Below, piece by piece: positions 10,293-19,520 of a stretch of 64,000 nt of DNA. Each line of letters starts with the position of its first letter. Position 1 is the first letter of the stretch. The DNA is from Chloroflexota bacterium (GTDB lineage: Bacteria > Chloroflexota > Limnocylindria > Limnocylindrales > CSP1-4). A model generated the notes under the pieces. That model was not told the DNA's origin and made no database searches. It worked only from the letters and a program-made list of their open reading frames with translations. The stretch spans positions 62,841-126,840 of the forward strand of contig PLLE01000046.1 in NCBI GenBank assembly GCA_003141245.1. The letters are read 5' to 3'. The translations under genes and the position numbers were made by a program.

Positions 10293-11378
10293 CTACTCGG
10301 GCAGGATCGGGAGCTGGGCCTCCAGGCGTCCGTCGCGGATCCGCGCGGGGTAGTACCGCAGCCGATTGACGCGGGTGAGGCGCCGTGCCTCGAGCTTCTT
10401 GGACGCCGGCTCCGGCTTGATCTGCGCCCCAGACGGGGACCACGGGGAGTGATATCGGCCATCGGCGTCGAGCCCGCCCGTGGTCGGCATCTGGACCGTC
10501 TCGCCGGTGCAGAGATCGAAGCGGCCTTCGTGGAGCGGGCACGCCACGACGCCTCCGTCCAGGCTCCCGATCGAGAGTGGCGCCGCCATGTGCGGGCAGC
10601 GGTCGTCGGTCACGACGATCCCGCCGGGAGTCCAGGCCACCAACAGATCCAGCCCCGCCAGGGTGACCCGGCGCATCGAGCCGGGCGCCAGTTCGACGGC
10701 CGCCACGATATCCACGAACGGCGCCACCCGCGTGCCGGAGGCGCGTAGCTCTCGAGGGACTTCGGCGATCGAGGGAGCAACCTGTTCGCCGTCCGGTCGG
10801 TCGGCGGGCAGGGCCAGCTCCGCCACGTCGTCGGGCGTCATCGTGAACATGACGGCGTCGACCGGGCCGTCGCCTCGGTCCACTTCCCAGTTGCGGGCAA
10901 CCGCCTCGAAGCGGAAGCCGGCCCTCTCAGCCACTCCCTGCGAGGCCACGTTGCCCGGCAGGGTCCACAGAGCCAGCCGCTGGATCCCGAACCGCTCGAA
11001 GCCCCAGCGGGCGACCAATTGAACGGCGCGTGTCGCCACTCCCCGTCGACGTGCCCAGGGCGCCACGAGGTATCCGATAGCGTGGCGCCGTGGGTTGGGG
11101 CCGAGATGCAGCCCGACCGAGCCGAGATACTGATCGGTCGCCGGATCCACGATGGCGAACTCGCACGAGGTTCCGTCGTGCCAGGCCTGCAGCGTCATGA
11201 GGATGAAGCGGCGGGCGTCGGCCTCGGTGTATGGGACCGGAATGATCGGGATGCGGCGCTGGATCTCGGGGTCCTGGCAGGCCGCCGTGATCGCCGGCGC
11301 GTCGTCCGCGCGGAAGGCTCGCAGGGCGATGACGCCGTCACTCAGCGGCGGGTCCGGAGGGTTCAGCGACTCGGGCAT
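10293..11378 (-). CDS. GNAT N-acetyltransferase fused to a C-terminal Rieske [2Fe-2S] domain
   Basis: The N-terminal half is RimJ/RimL-like ('IGYLVAPWARRRGVATRAVQLV'). The C-terminal half has CxH-x16-CxxH ('CPHMAAPLSIGSLDGGVVACPLHEGRF'). Start is 11378 (ATG) or 11423 (GTG). Confidence 0.75.
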   Translation of the reverse strand: MPESLNPPDPPLSDGVIALRAFRADDAPAITAACQDPEIQRRIPIIPVPYTEADARRFILMTLQAWHDGTSCEFAIVDPATDQYLGSVGLHLGPNPRRHAIGYLVAPWARRRGVATRAVQLVARWGFERFGIQRLALWTLPGNVASQGVAERAGFRFEAVARNWEVDRGDGPVDAVMFTMTPDDVAELALPADRPDGEQVAPSIAEVPRELRASGTRVAPFVDIVAAVELAPGSMRRVTLAGLDLLVAWTPGGIVVTDDRCPHMAAPLSIGSLDGGVVACPLHEGRFDLCTGETVQMPTTGGLDADGRYHSPWSPSGAQIKPEPASKKLEARRLTRVNRLRYYPARIRDGRLEAQLPILPE

Positions 11379-11444
11379 GGGCCAAGTATGCCGCGTCGAG
11401 CGCGGCCCGCCTTGTCCTGCCACGAGCCGTCTCGGACAAAGCCG

Positions 11445-11491
11445 TCTCGGACAAAGAAGAAGGCGGGCCGGTGAGGGGGAGCCGGCCCGCC
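11445..11491 (-). terminator. intrinsic-terminator-like hairpin oriented for the minus strand
   Basis: Perfect 10-bp GC stem GGCGGGCCGG/CCGGCCCGCC (11462-11471 / 11482-11491). On the minus strand it is followed by TTCTTCTTTGT. It lies upstream of the GNAT-Rieske start. Confidence 0.5.
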
Positions 11492-11685
11492 TGAGGGGAT
11501 TGCAGAATCGCGGCGATAGGGAGTCCCTGGAAATCCCGCCCCATCACGGAACGACGGAAGTCTACCCGGCACGGCGAGATTCTGCATCGGCGCTGCGCCC
11601 GCGCGCATTCGGATGCATCATCGCTGGCAGCCGACCCGCTGTGGCACGTACTGCTCCCGCTGCGGCGTCGTGCAGGAGGATGCCG

Positions 11686-12639
11686 ATGCGCTTCGCGCTG
11701 ATGATCGAGCCTCAGCAGGGTCTGTCGTACCGCGAGCAGCTCGATCTGGCCCGGCTGGCCGAACGGGTCGGCTTCGAGGCCTTCTTTCGATCCGACCATT
11801 ACGGCAGCTTTCCCGGTCCGGCCGATCGACCGACGACAGACGCCTGGACGGTCCTGGCCGGGATCGCGCGCGAGACCGAGCGCATTCGCCTGGGCGCGCT
11901 CGTCTCGCCAGTCACATTCCGTCATCCGGGATCATTCGCGAAGGTCGTGACGACGGCCGACGAGATGAGCGGCGGCAGGATCGAGGTCGCCGTCGGAGCA
12001 GGCTGGAACGACGCCGAGCACGCTCAGCTGGGGCTGGCGTTCCCGGAGATCTCCGAGCGTGCCGACCTGATGGAGGACGAGCTACAGATCCTGCACGGCC
12101 TCTGGGAGCAGCCCGACGGATGGTCGTTCGAAGGCAGGCAGGTTCGGATCGTCGACGCCGGATTCCATCCCAAGCCGGTCCAGCGCCCGCATCCACCGAT
12201 CATCGTCGGCGGAGAGGGGAGCCCTCGCTCGGTCCGAATGGCTGCCCGCTACGCGAACGAGTACAACATGTCGAGCTCCGGCCCGGATAACTGTGCGGAG
12301 GCGTTCGGCCGGCTGGACGCCGAGTGCGTGCGAATCGGTCGCGATCCGAAGACCGTGGCCCGGTCGGTGATGGCGGGAATGCTGATGGGCGCCGACGAGG
12401 CGGAGGTCGCCCGGCGCGTCGAAGCTCAGCTGGCGATGGTCCGGGCCGCGGAGACGAACGCGGCGGCCTGGTTCGAGGCGCGCCGGCCGCGCTGGATCGC
12501 CGGCACGCCGGATCAGGCCCGGGCCATGGTCGGCACCTTCGCGGCCGCCGGCGTGGAACGGATCATGCTGCAGGATCTGCTGCCGCGCGACCACGCCATG
12601 ATCGAGCTGGCCGCCCGCGAGCTGATCGGCCGAAGCTAG
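11686..12639 (+). CDS. LLM-class (luciferase-like) F420-dependent oxidoreductase
   Basis: 'MRFALMIEPQQGLSYREQLDLARLAERVGFEAFFRSDHY' and 'IEVAVGAGW' fit the family. ATG 11686 has AGGAGGA 6 nt upstream. The upstream part of the track ORF is junk. Confidence 0.85.
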   Translation: MRFALMIEPQQGLSYREQLDLARLAERVGFEAFFRSDHYGSFPGPADRPTTDAWTVLAGIARETERIRLGALVSPVTFRHPGSFAKVVTTADEMSGGRIEVAVGAGWNDAEHAQLGLAFPEISERADLMEDELQILHGLWEQPDGWSFEGRQVRIVDAGFHPKPVQRPHPPIIVGGEGSPRSVRMAARYANEYNMSSSGPDNCAEAFGRLDAECVRIGRDPKTVARSVMAGMLMGADEAEVARRVEAQLAMVRAAETNAAAWFEARRPRWIAGTPDQARAMVGTFAAAGVERIMLQDLLPRDHAMIELAARELIGRS

Positions 12640-12640
12640 C

Positions 12641-12702
12641 GCCGCGGCCGCCATCGCCGCGGCCGCCATCGCCTCGGCCGCTATCGCCTCGGCCGCTATC
12701 GC
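12641..12702. repeat. 15-bp tandem repeat, about 4 copies
   Basis: gccgcggccgccatc x2, then gcctcggccgctatc x2, in the gap between two convergent genes. Confidence 0.9.
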
Positions 12703-13152
12703 CTACTTCCGCAGCCGGCCCTTCGACGCGATGCTCGAGCGGGCCCTGGCGCTGCTGGAGCGGCGCCGCGGGATCGTCCCGATGCGGCGCGGCGGCCAGT
12801 AGCGGAACCACGCCCGACCAACGAGTGCCTCCAGGTCCACCGGGCCGTAGTGGCGCGAATCAACCGAGTGGCCGCCTCCGTCGCCGAGCAGCCACGCCTG
12901 ATTCTCGAGCTTGACGTAGCCCGTGCCGGCCAGAACGACGTCGCCGGGGCCGGCCGTCACACGCTTGATGGCGAGCTGTCCCGTCCCGGGCTGATGCACG
13001 ACGACCACGCTGCCGCGGCGTGGCCAGCGGCGTGGCAGCGGGTCGAGGAGCAGCCAATCGCCCGGTTGCAGGGCCGGGGTCATGCTCTCTTCGGCCACGG
13101 CGACGCGCCACGGGCCGCCCCGAAAGCGACGCCAGGTTTCGGCGAGGGACAT
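12703..13152 (-). CDS. sodX: S26-family peptidase, Ni-SOD maturation protease type
   Basis: Signal-peptidase-I Ser motif 'EESMTPALQPGD' and Lys motif 'AIKRV'. It lies directly downstream of sodN. Confidence 0.8.
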   Translation of the reverse strand: MSLAETWRRFRGGPWRVAVAEESMTPALQPGDWLLLDPLPRRWPRRGSVVVVHQPGTGQLAIKRVTAGPGDVVLAGTGYVKLENQAWLLGDGGGHSVDSRHYGPVDLEALVGRAWFRYWPPRRIGTIPRRRSSSARARSSIASKGRLRK

Positions 13153-13196
13153 CGGAGGCTACTTCGTGACGGCTACCCTGCCTCTCCTGCGGTCGG

Positions 13197-13616
13197 CTAC
13201 TTCTTGGTCGACCAGAAGATGTCGGCGAACTCCTTGACCGCGGCTTCCAGTTCGGCCGCCGCCTGGGCATCGATGTTCTGCTTGTTCTTGCTGGCGAGCT
13301 TGAGGATCTTCCAGGTTCGATCGTGGATGTCCGGGTAGCGCTCCACGTGTTCGGGCTTGAAGTAGTCGCTCCAGATGACCTGGATCTCGTGCTTCACGAT
13401 CTCGGCGTGCTGCTCCTTGATCGCGACGCAGCGGACGAACTTCTGGCGATCCGCCTCGGTCGGGCTTTCCTTGGGCAGCTGGCCAAGCAGTTCGACCATC
13501 CGGGCGACCGTTCGGGCCGCAAGCTCGGCCTGGTGCGGGTCGTAGATGCCGCACGGAACGTCGCAATGGGCGTAGACGGTGGTGGCGGGCTTCAGCCAGC
13601 GGATCACAACGGACAT
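13197..13616 (-). CDS. sodN: nickel superoxide dismutase precursor
   Basis: ATG 13616 with a GGGAGGAG RBS. The leader 'MSVVIRWLKPATTVYA' is followed by the Ni-hook 'HCDVPCGIYDP'. Confidence 0.9.
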   Translation of the reverse strand: MSVVIRWLKPATTVYAHCDVPCGIYDPHQAELAARTVARMVELLGQLPKESPTEADRQKFVRCVAIKEQHAEIVKHEIQVIWSDYFKPEHVERYPDIHDRTWKILKLASKNKQNIDAQAAAELEAAVKEFADIFWSTKK

Positions 13617-13956
13617 CGGTCTCCTCCCACTCGGGGCGTCAGGCGAGGCGGGGACTAGCAGGCAGCTTCGCTGGCCTCGGCCGTGTGCAAGTGTTGGGGG
13701 CTCCGCTCGCGGTGTCAATCCGGGCCAGGTGCCGATCCGGCCACCGCGTCGAAGAGGCGTCCGGCGTCTCCCCCGTAGGCCGCGCGACCTCCACGGAATA
13801 TCCATACTTCCTCCGATTGCTTTTCAGCCTGGTTGCAGATTGCGTGCGCAACATTCGGCTTGGACGCGACCCCGCGCGACCACGGGCGTCCCATGAAACG
13901 TGTCCTAGTCGACGACCACACCGAGCAGCAGCACCCAGGGAGCCACCGACTACTCG

Positions 13957-15447
13957 ATGAACGGCCCAGCCTCCGCCACTAACTCGGCCGTCTCGGCGGC
14001 GACAACTGCTGCGGCGACCACGCCGCGGGCGACAACTGCGCCGGCGGCCCGCACCCATCCGGGGGGCGTGGCCTACTCGGCGCCGGCCCGCAAGACGCGC
14101 CGCGTTCCCGTCCCACGGGCCTGGCCGCTCAAGGACTACGACGTCTACGCTCTTCTGGGCGGCAACGCGCTGGTCATCCTGGCCATGTGGATCCGCCACG
14201 GCAACCTCCACGAGCTGGCCACGCCGGCCGGAATCGTGACCGCAGTCGGCGAGATCGCCGCCCTCTACGGCACGTACCTCGTCCTGATCCAGCTCGTCCT
14301 GATGTCGCGCAGCCCGTGGCTCGACCACGTCTTCGGGCAGGATCGGATCACGGCCGCTCACCGCTGGGTCGGCTTCGGCGCGATCTGGCTTCTCTTCGCC
14401 CACTTCATCTTCACGACGGTCGGCTACGCGATGGCCGACGGCAGCTCTCCGGTCGGTGAGGCCCTGAACCTGCTGGGCACCTACCCGTACGTCCTCTGGT
14501 CCGGCATTGCGCTGGTGCTGTTCGTAGTCGTCGGCGTCAGCTCCGTCCGCGCCGCTCGGCGGATGGCCTCGTACGAGACCTGGTACACGATCCACCTCTA
14601 CACGTATCTGGCCATCGCTTTGGGCTTCATGCACCAGCTGGCCGTCGGGGTGGATTTCACCACCGACCTGGTTGCCCGGATCTACTGGATCGCCCTCTAC
14701 GTGCTCGCCGCCGGGACGCTGCTTGTCTTCCGCTTCGGCCAGCCGATCGCCGTCTCGGGGCGCCACCGACTCCACGTCGCCAACGTGGTCCAGGAGGGGC
14801 CCAGTGTCGTCTCGATCTACCTGACCGGCAACGAGCTGGATCGCCTCGCCGTTCGTGCGGGACAGTGGTTCCGGCTTCGATTCCTGACATCGAACGGCTG
14901 GTGGCGGGCCCACCCGTTCTCGATCTCCGCCGCCCCGAACGGTCGGTACCTGCGCTTCACGATCAAGGACCTGGGCGACTACACGAGGCTTCTTCAGCGC
15001 GTTCGAGTGGGCACCCGAGTCTTCGTCGAAGGACCGTACGGAATCTTCACCGGCGCCCGCCGGACCAAGGCGAAGGTGCTGCTGGTGGCCGGCGGAATCG
15101 GCATCACTCCGCTTCGGGCGCTGCTCGAGGAGCTGCCTGCCGCGCGAGGGAACATGACCCTGATCTATCGGGCGAGTCACGAGAGCGACGTGGTCTTCCG
15201 ACACGAGCTCGACGAGCTGGCCAGCCTGCGCGGCGCCACGGTCCATTACCTGGTCGGCCGCCGTGGGTCGCCCGACATGCCCTCGGATCCACTGGACCCG
15301 AAAGCCCTGCGCCGTCTCGTTCCGGATCTCCAGGATCGCGATGTCTACGTATGCGGGCCCGCCGGGATGATGGAACGGGTCCTGAGTGGACTCCACAGGC
15401 TCCGGATCCCAGAGTCCCAGATCCACTACGAACGCTTCGCGTTTTGA
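13957..15447 (+). CDS. ferric-reductase-like transmembrane protein with FAD/NAD(P)-binding domains
   Basis: Multi-TM N-terminal half with conserved His ('AHRWVGF', 'YTIHLYTY'). FAD motif 'RAHPFSIS', NAD motif 'LLVAGGIGITP', and 'YVCGP'. Start is uncertain. Confidence 0.8.
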   Translation: MNGPASATNSAVSAATTAAATTPRATTAPAARTHPGGVAYSAPARKTRRVPVPRAWPLKDYDVYALLGGNALVILAMWIRHGNLHELATPAGIVTAVGEIAALYGTYLVLIQLVLMSRSPWLDHVFGQDRITAAHRWVGFGAIWLLFAHFIFTTVGYAMADGSSPVGEALNLLGTYPYVLWSGIALVLFVVVGVSSVRAARRMASYETWYTIHLYTYLAIALGFMHQLAVGVDFTTDLVARIYWIALYVLAAGTLLVFRFGQPIAVSGRHRLHVANVVQEGPSVVSIYLTGNELDRLAVRAGQWFRLRFLTSNGWWRAHPFSISAAPNGRYLRFTIKDLGDYTRLLQRVRVGTRVFVEGPYGIFTGARRTKAKVLLVAGGIGITPLRALLEELPAARGNMTLIYRASHESDVVFRHELDELASLRGATVHYLVGRRGSPDMPSDPLDPKALRRLVPDLQDRDVYVCGPAGMMERVLSGLHRLRIPESQIHYERFAF

Positions 15448-15457
15448 GGTCCGACGA

Positions 15458-15928
15458 ATGAACGCAATTCCGAAGCGCGGAGTCGTGGCGACCGCCCTCA
15501 CCGCCGTCGCCCTGGCGCTTATCCTCAGCTTCAAGACGCCCAACATGGGCAGCCTCGCCGCCGGGAACGGTAACGGCAACGGCAACGGCAACGGCGGCAA
15601 CGGCGGTGGCGCCAGCTCGCAGCAGAGCCCCGGTTCGGGCCGGAGCACCTTCAGCGGCCAGCTGACCGGATCGACCGTGCAGACGCCGTTTGGAGCCGTC
15701 CAGGTTCAGGTGACACTGCAGAACGGCAGGATCACCGACGTGCAGGCCCTCCAGACGCCGGGCGACCAGCGCCGTTCACAGCAGATCAGCCAGTATGCGG
15801 TGCCGCAGCTGCGCAGCGAGGTCCTGCAGGCACAGGGCGCTCAGGTCGACACGATCTCGGGCGCGACCTACACGAGCGAGGGCTACGCGCAGTCGCTCCA
15901 GTCGGCGCTCGACCAGGCCGGCGCGTAA
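15458..15928 (+). CDS. membrane-anchored FMN-binding domain protein
   Basis: ATG 15458. TM anchor, a (GN)n linker, and C-terminal 'VDTISGATYTSEGYAQSL' (FMN_bind-type SGAT motif). Confidence 0.75.
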   Translation: MNAIPKRGVVATALTAVALALILSFKTPNMGSLAAGNGNGNGNGNGGNGGGASSQQSPGSGRSTFSGQLTGSTVQTPFGAVQVQVTLQNGRITDVQALQTPGDQRRSQQISQYAVPQLRSEVLQAQGAQVDTISGATYTSEGYAQSLQSALDQAGA

Positions 15929-15958
15929 CCCCGACGGTTTGGTCTCAGCTGGCGGTGG

Positions 15959-16642
15959 CTACGGCGCCCAGGAGGTCATCTGGATCTCGCCCGAGGGAAC
16001 GGTCGCAGGGCCCAGGCAGGACGGGATGCCGCCCATCTCCGTCGGCGAAGTGGTCTCAGCTATGACAAGACCGGTCCCCGACATCACGAAAGCGACTCGG
16101 ACCGGGGCCACGATCGGCGGAGCCGCGCACAGGTTGCCGGTCTGCACCGTCGTCTTGAGCGTGGTGTTGGGATTGAGCATGAGGATCCCCGCGGAACCCG
16201 CCTCGGGTCCGGCGATCAGGATCGAGCCGTCGCCGTTGAGGAGCATGGGCTGGCTCTTGGCCTTCACCTGGCAGGCGACCGGGCCGGTGTTCTTGACCTG
16301 GAAGTTGGCCAGCTGGTGGCCGCTGTTTTCCTGCCACGTGAGCCCGTTTGCGGTCTGAATGGTGATCGTCAGGTTCGAGCCGCTGCACGGGCCGATGGTG
16401 GGCGAAGGAACCGGCGTGGGCGTCGGCTTCGGCGTCGGCGGCGGGGTGATCTCGGGCGTGGGCGTTGGCACGGGTGTCGGCGACGGCGACGGGGTTATGT
16501 AGATGATCTGGGGCGTCTTCGCCGAACTCGCGCAACCGACGACCGCGATGCCGAGAGCCAGCGCGGCGATCAGGCCGAGCGGCACCGGACGGGCCGGCCT
16601 GCGTTCGGTGGATCGGTGAGCTGGAAGATCGGCGGGCATCAT
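15959..16642 (-). CDS. hypothetical lipoprotein with Pro/Thr-rich linker
   Basis: 'MMPADL...LALGIAVVGCASS' is a lipobox-like signal. GAGGAGGAA lies upstream of the ATGATG at 16642/16639. No functional motif recognised. Confidence 0.55.
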   Translation of the reverse strand: MMPADLPAHRSTERRPARPVPLGLIAALALGIAVVGCASSAKTPQIIYITPSPSPTPVPTPTPEITPPPTPKPTPTPVPSPTIGPCSGSNLTITIQTANGLTWQENSGHQLANFQVKNTGPVACQVKAKSQPMLLNGDGSILIAGPEAGSAGILMLNPNTTLKTTVQTGNLCAAPPIVAPVRVAFVMSGTGLVIAETTSPTEMGGIPSCLGPATVPSGEIQMTSWAP

Positions 16643-16731
16643 TTCCTCCTCGACGGTTGACGGGCCACAGAGTAGCGCAAAGCCGGCCGCGCCCACCTGG
16701 GATCGCGTCGAGACCGGAACGTCGGCTGCGA

Positions 16732-18105
16732 TCAAGTTAGCTGGTACAGCCCGCCATCGGTTGCCACGACGTAGAGTTCGCCGTCCGCTCCCTGGCCCCA
16801 GCCGGTGATGCTGAGCCCCGACGCGTACAGATACTGGACCGTCTGCGAGGAAGGCCCGGCCGCCGCCAGATCCCAGATCCTGCCGCTGCAGTAGTCGCCG
16901 AAGAAGTAGCGGCCGACGAGCTCCGGGTGCGCACTGCCGCGGTAGACGAAGCCGCCGATGATCGAGCAGCCGGTCGAGTCGCCCGAGCCGTGGTTGTACT
17001 CGGCGAGCGGCATGACTTTGCCCGTGGTGTCGCAGCCCGCGGCGGGGCTGTAGCAGTGGCCTCCTTCGATGACGTTCCAGCCGTAGTTGGCTCCACGGCC
17101 GAGGCCGTCGGCCGCGGTGGCCCGGTCGACCTCTTCCCAGAGGTTCTGGCCGACGTCGGCGATCCAGAGGTCGCCGGTCGCCCTGTCGAAGCTGAAGCCG
17201 TACGGGTTGCGCAGCCCGTAGGACCAGATCTCAGCGCGCTTGCCGGACTGCCCGACGAAGGGGTTGTCGGCAGGGATCGCGTAGTTGAGCCCGCCCGAGG
17301 TGTGGTCGACGTCGATGCGCAGCATCTTGCCGAGCAGAACGCTGAGCTTCTGGCCGTTGCCGTTCGGATCGCCGATTCCGCCTCCGTCGCCGGTGCCGAT
17401 GTACAGGTAACCGTCCGGACCGAAGGCGATCGTCCCGCCGTTATGGTTGGGGTGAAGCCGGTGCGAGATGGTGAGGAGCGACTTCTCCGAGGTCGCGTCC
17501 GCCTTGTTCGGGTCGGAGCTGACTCGGAACTCGGAGATGCGAACATCGCCGGTCTTGTCGGTGTAGCGGACGAAGAAGCGCCCGTTCGAGGCGTACTGCG
17601 GGTGGAATGCCAGGCCGATGAGGCCGCGCTCGCTACAGCACGAGATGTTGGCAGATATGTCGAGGAAGGTCCCCTTCACGGCCCCGCCGTCGACGATCAC
17701 GATCTTGCCGGTCTGCACGATCACGAAGAGGCGGCTGTCGCCGGAGCTGGCCACTCCAATCGGACTGCCCAGTCCGCCCACGATCTTGGTCAGTGCGACC
17801 TTCACGGACGGAAGTGGAGTGGCGGCGCCCTGCGTAGGCGTGGCGCCCTGCGTAGGCGTGGCGCCCGGCGTAGGTGAGGCGCCCGGCGTAGGCGAGCCAG
17901 AGACGCTCGGGCTGGCCGAACCGGCGCTTCCACTCGCCGCGTTCGAGGGCGACGCGGTTTCGGGGGGAGCGACGGATGTCAGGCCGCTGCCCGTCGGCGT
18001 AGGTGTCGTCTGCGTGCTTCCGCACGCAGCGGCGGCAAACAGCGCAAGCGCGCAGACAAGAGAGGCGAAGGTTCGACGGCGCAAGGAGCGATCGGGAAGA
18101 CGCAT
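16732..18105 (-). CDS. PQQ-dependent sugar dehydrogenase (beta-propeller), secreted lipoprotein
   Basis: ATG 18105 with a GGGAG RBS and signal 'LALFAAAACGS'. Motifs 'GLIGLAFHPQY', 'HNGGTIAFGPDGYLYIGTGDGG', 'GLRNPYGFSFD' and 'GANYGWN'. Confidence 0.85.
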   Translation of the reverse strand: MRLPDRSLRRRTFASLVCALALFAAAACGSTQTTPTPTGSGLTSVAPPETASPSNAASGSAGSASPSVSGSPTPGASPTPGATPTQGATPTQGAATPLPSVKVALTKIVGGLGSPIGVASSGDSRLFVIVQTGKIVIVDGGAVKGTFLDISANISCCSERGLIGLAFHPQYASNGRFFVRYTDKTGDVRISEFRVSSDPNKADATSEKSLLTISHRLHPNHNGGTIAFGPDGYLYIGTGDGGGIGDPNGNGQKLSVLLGKMLRIDVDHTSGGLNYAIPADNPFVGQSGKRAEIWSYGLRNPYGFSFDRATGDLWIADVGQNLWEEVDRATAADGLGRGANYGWNVIEGGHCYSPAAGCDTTGKVMPLAEYNHGSGDSTGCSIIGGFVYRGSAHPELVGRYFFGDYCSGRIWDLAAAGPSSQTVQYLYASGLSITGWGQGADGELYVVATDGGLYQLT

Positions 18106-18308
18106 TGTTTCGATCTCCCGGTTGGACGGAACTCTCCGTGGATTATCCGTCCGACCGCGCCGATACGCCGTCGGCGCCTCCCCGAATTCCCGCTTCGAGC
18201 ACGCTCGCGCGAGTACACTCCACCGGTCTTGACCGCATCCAAGCGGCCCCAACCGACCATATGAAGCCGTCGCCTGCGTCGGCGAGACGCGCCCCGGGCG
18301 GCCCAGGT

Positions 18309-19424
18309 ATGATCTACCCGATGAGCGACGAGACTGCCATGTCGTTCCAAGAGGGACAGGCGGCGTGCCCGTTTGTTGCCTTCGAAGACGACCGAGATCA
18401 CCGAGCCAATGCCCCGGACTATCGGCATCGCTGCTTTGCTGCAGCCGAGCCGGAGCCGCGGGCGATCCCGCACCAGGAGCGCTACTGCCTCTCGGCTGCC
18501 TTCGCACAGTGTCCGATCTTCCTAGATTGGGCCCGTCAGGAGGCCGCTGGAGTACTTGGGGCCGCCTCTGCGGCGGCGGCTGCCGGCGCGGCTGAATCCG
18601 CCGGTGAGCCGGCCATGGCGCCGGTCAAGGCAAGGGCAACTGCCGAAACGCCGGCCTTCCTGGCCAGCGTGGGCCGAACCACGCCGGCCGAGGCCGCGCC
18701 CGTATCCGCCCACTCGACCTCGGATCCGGGTTCGGGCCTGTGGGGCTTCGAAGGCGCTCCCAAGCGAACCGTCGCCGCTGCGGCGGCCCCGGCCACTGGC
18801 TCGAGCTCGCCCACTCCCGGCACGCCGGCCTATGCCATGGCCCGCCGCCAGCCGACGCACCCGGACTGGGAGAAGCCGCCCCGCATGGACAACTACCCGC
18901 GGCTGCGCTCCCGCGACGATCGGAATAGCAGCCAGCCGCTCCTGCTCGCGGCCCTCGGGGTCGCGGTGCTGATGGTCGCGCTGATCGTCTACCCAATTCT
19001 GACGAGCAACAAGGGTGTCGGCGGCAGCGGCGGAACGAACCCGAGCGCCAGCCACTCGCAGATCGCAGGCGGCCCGTCCGCCTCCGCGTCTGACACGCCC
19101 GTCCCGACGCCACAGGCCGAGAGGACTTTGATGGCGTACACCGTCGGGACCAAGTCCTGGGACAAGAACCTGACCTCGATAGCCGCCCATTTCGGGATCT
19201 CTCTCACGCAACTGGAGCTGGCGAACCCCCTGTCGCAGTTTGGGAGCAAGAGCTACGACATCATCTTCCCGGGTCTGAATGTCTACATCCCGTGGCAGAC
19301 CTGGACCCCGCCGGCGCCGACCCCGTCCCTCACGCCGAGCCCATCCCTCACGTCGAGCTCGTCCCTCACGCCGAGCTCGTCCCTCACGCCGAGCCCTCTG
19401 GCCTCACCCACTTCGACCCACTAA
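18309..19424 (+). CDS. membrane protein with N-terminal 4-Cys domain and C-terminal LysM-like domain
   Basis: 'CPFVAFEDD...HRCFA...RYCLSAAFAQCPIF', one TM ('LLLAALGVAVLMVALIVYPIL'), and LysM-like 'YTVGTKSWDKNLTSIAAHFGISLTQLELANP...PGLNVYIP'. Start is 18309 or 18321. Confidence 0.6.
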   Translation: MIYPMSDETAMSFQEGQAACPFVAFEDDRDHRANAPDYRHRCFAAAEPEPRAIPHQERYCLSAAFAQCPIFLDWARQEAAGVLGAASAAAAAGAAESAGEPAMAPVKARATAETPAFLASVGRTTPAEAAPVSAHSTSDPGSGLWGFEGAPKRTVAAAAAPATGSSSPTPGTPAYAMARRQPTHPDWEKPPRMDNYPRLRSRDDRNSSQPLLLAALGVAVLMVALIVYPILTSNKGVGGSGGTNPSASHSQIAGGPSASASDTPVPTPQAERTLMAYTVGTKSWDKNLTSIAAHFGISLTQLELANPLSQFGSKSYDIIFPGLNVYIPWQTWTPPAPTPSLTPSPSLTSSSSLTPSSSLTPSPLASPTSTH

Positions 19425-19520
19425 TCGCGGTCGGGGAATCCGGTTCGATTTGCCTTCGGATTGGCGCGCGTCCACGCCCGCCGGCTGCCGCGGCGGCTGA
19501 GGCGCGACCCAGCCCTGGTC

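Noticed and set aside
13639-15648. 669-aa ORF antisense to the ferric-reductase and FMN-binding genes
   Set aside because: Its Arg/Pro/Gly-rich translation has no motifs, which is typical of a high-GC shadow ORF. The sense strand carries clear FAD/NAD and FMN_bind motifs.
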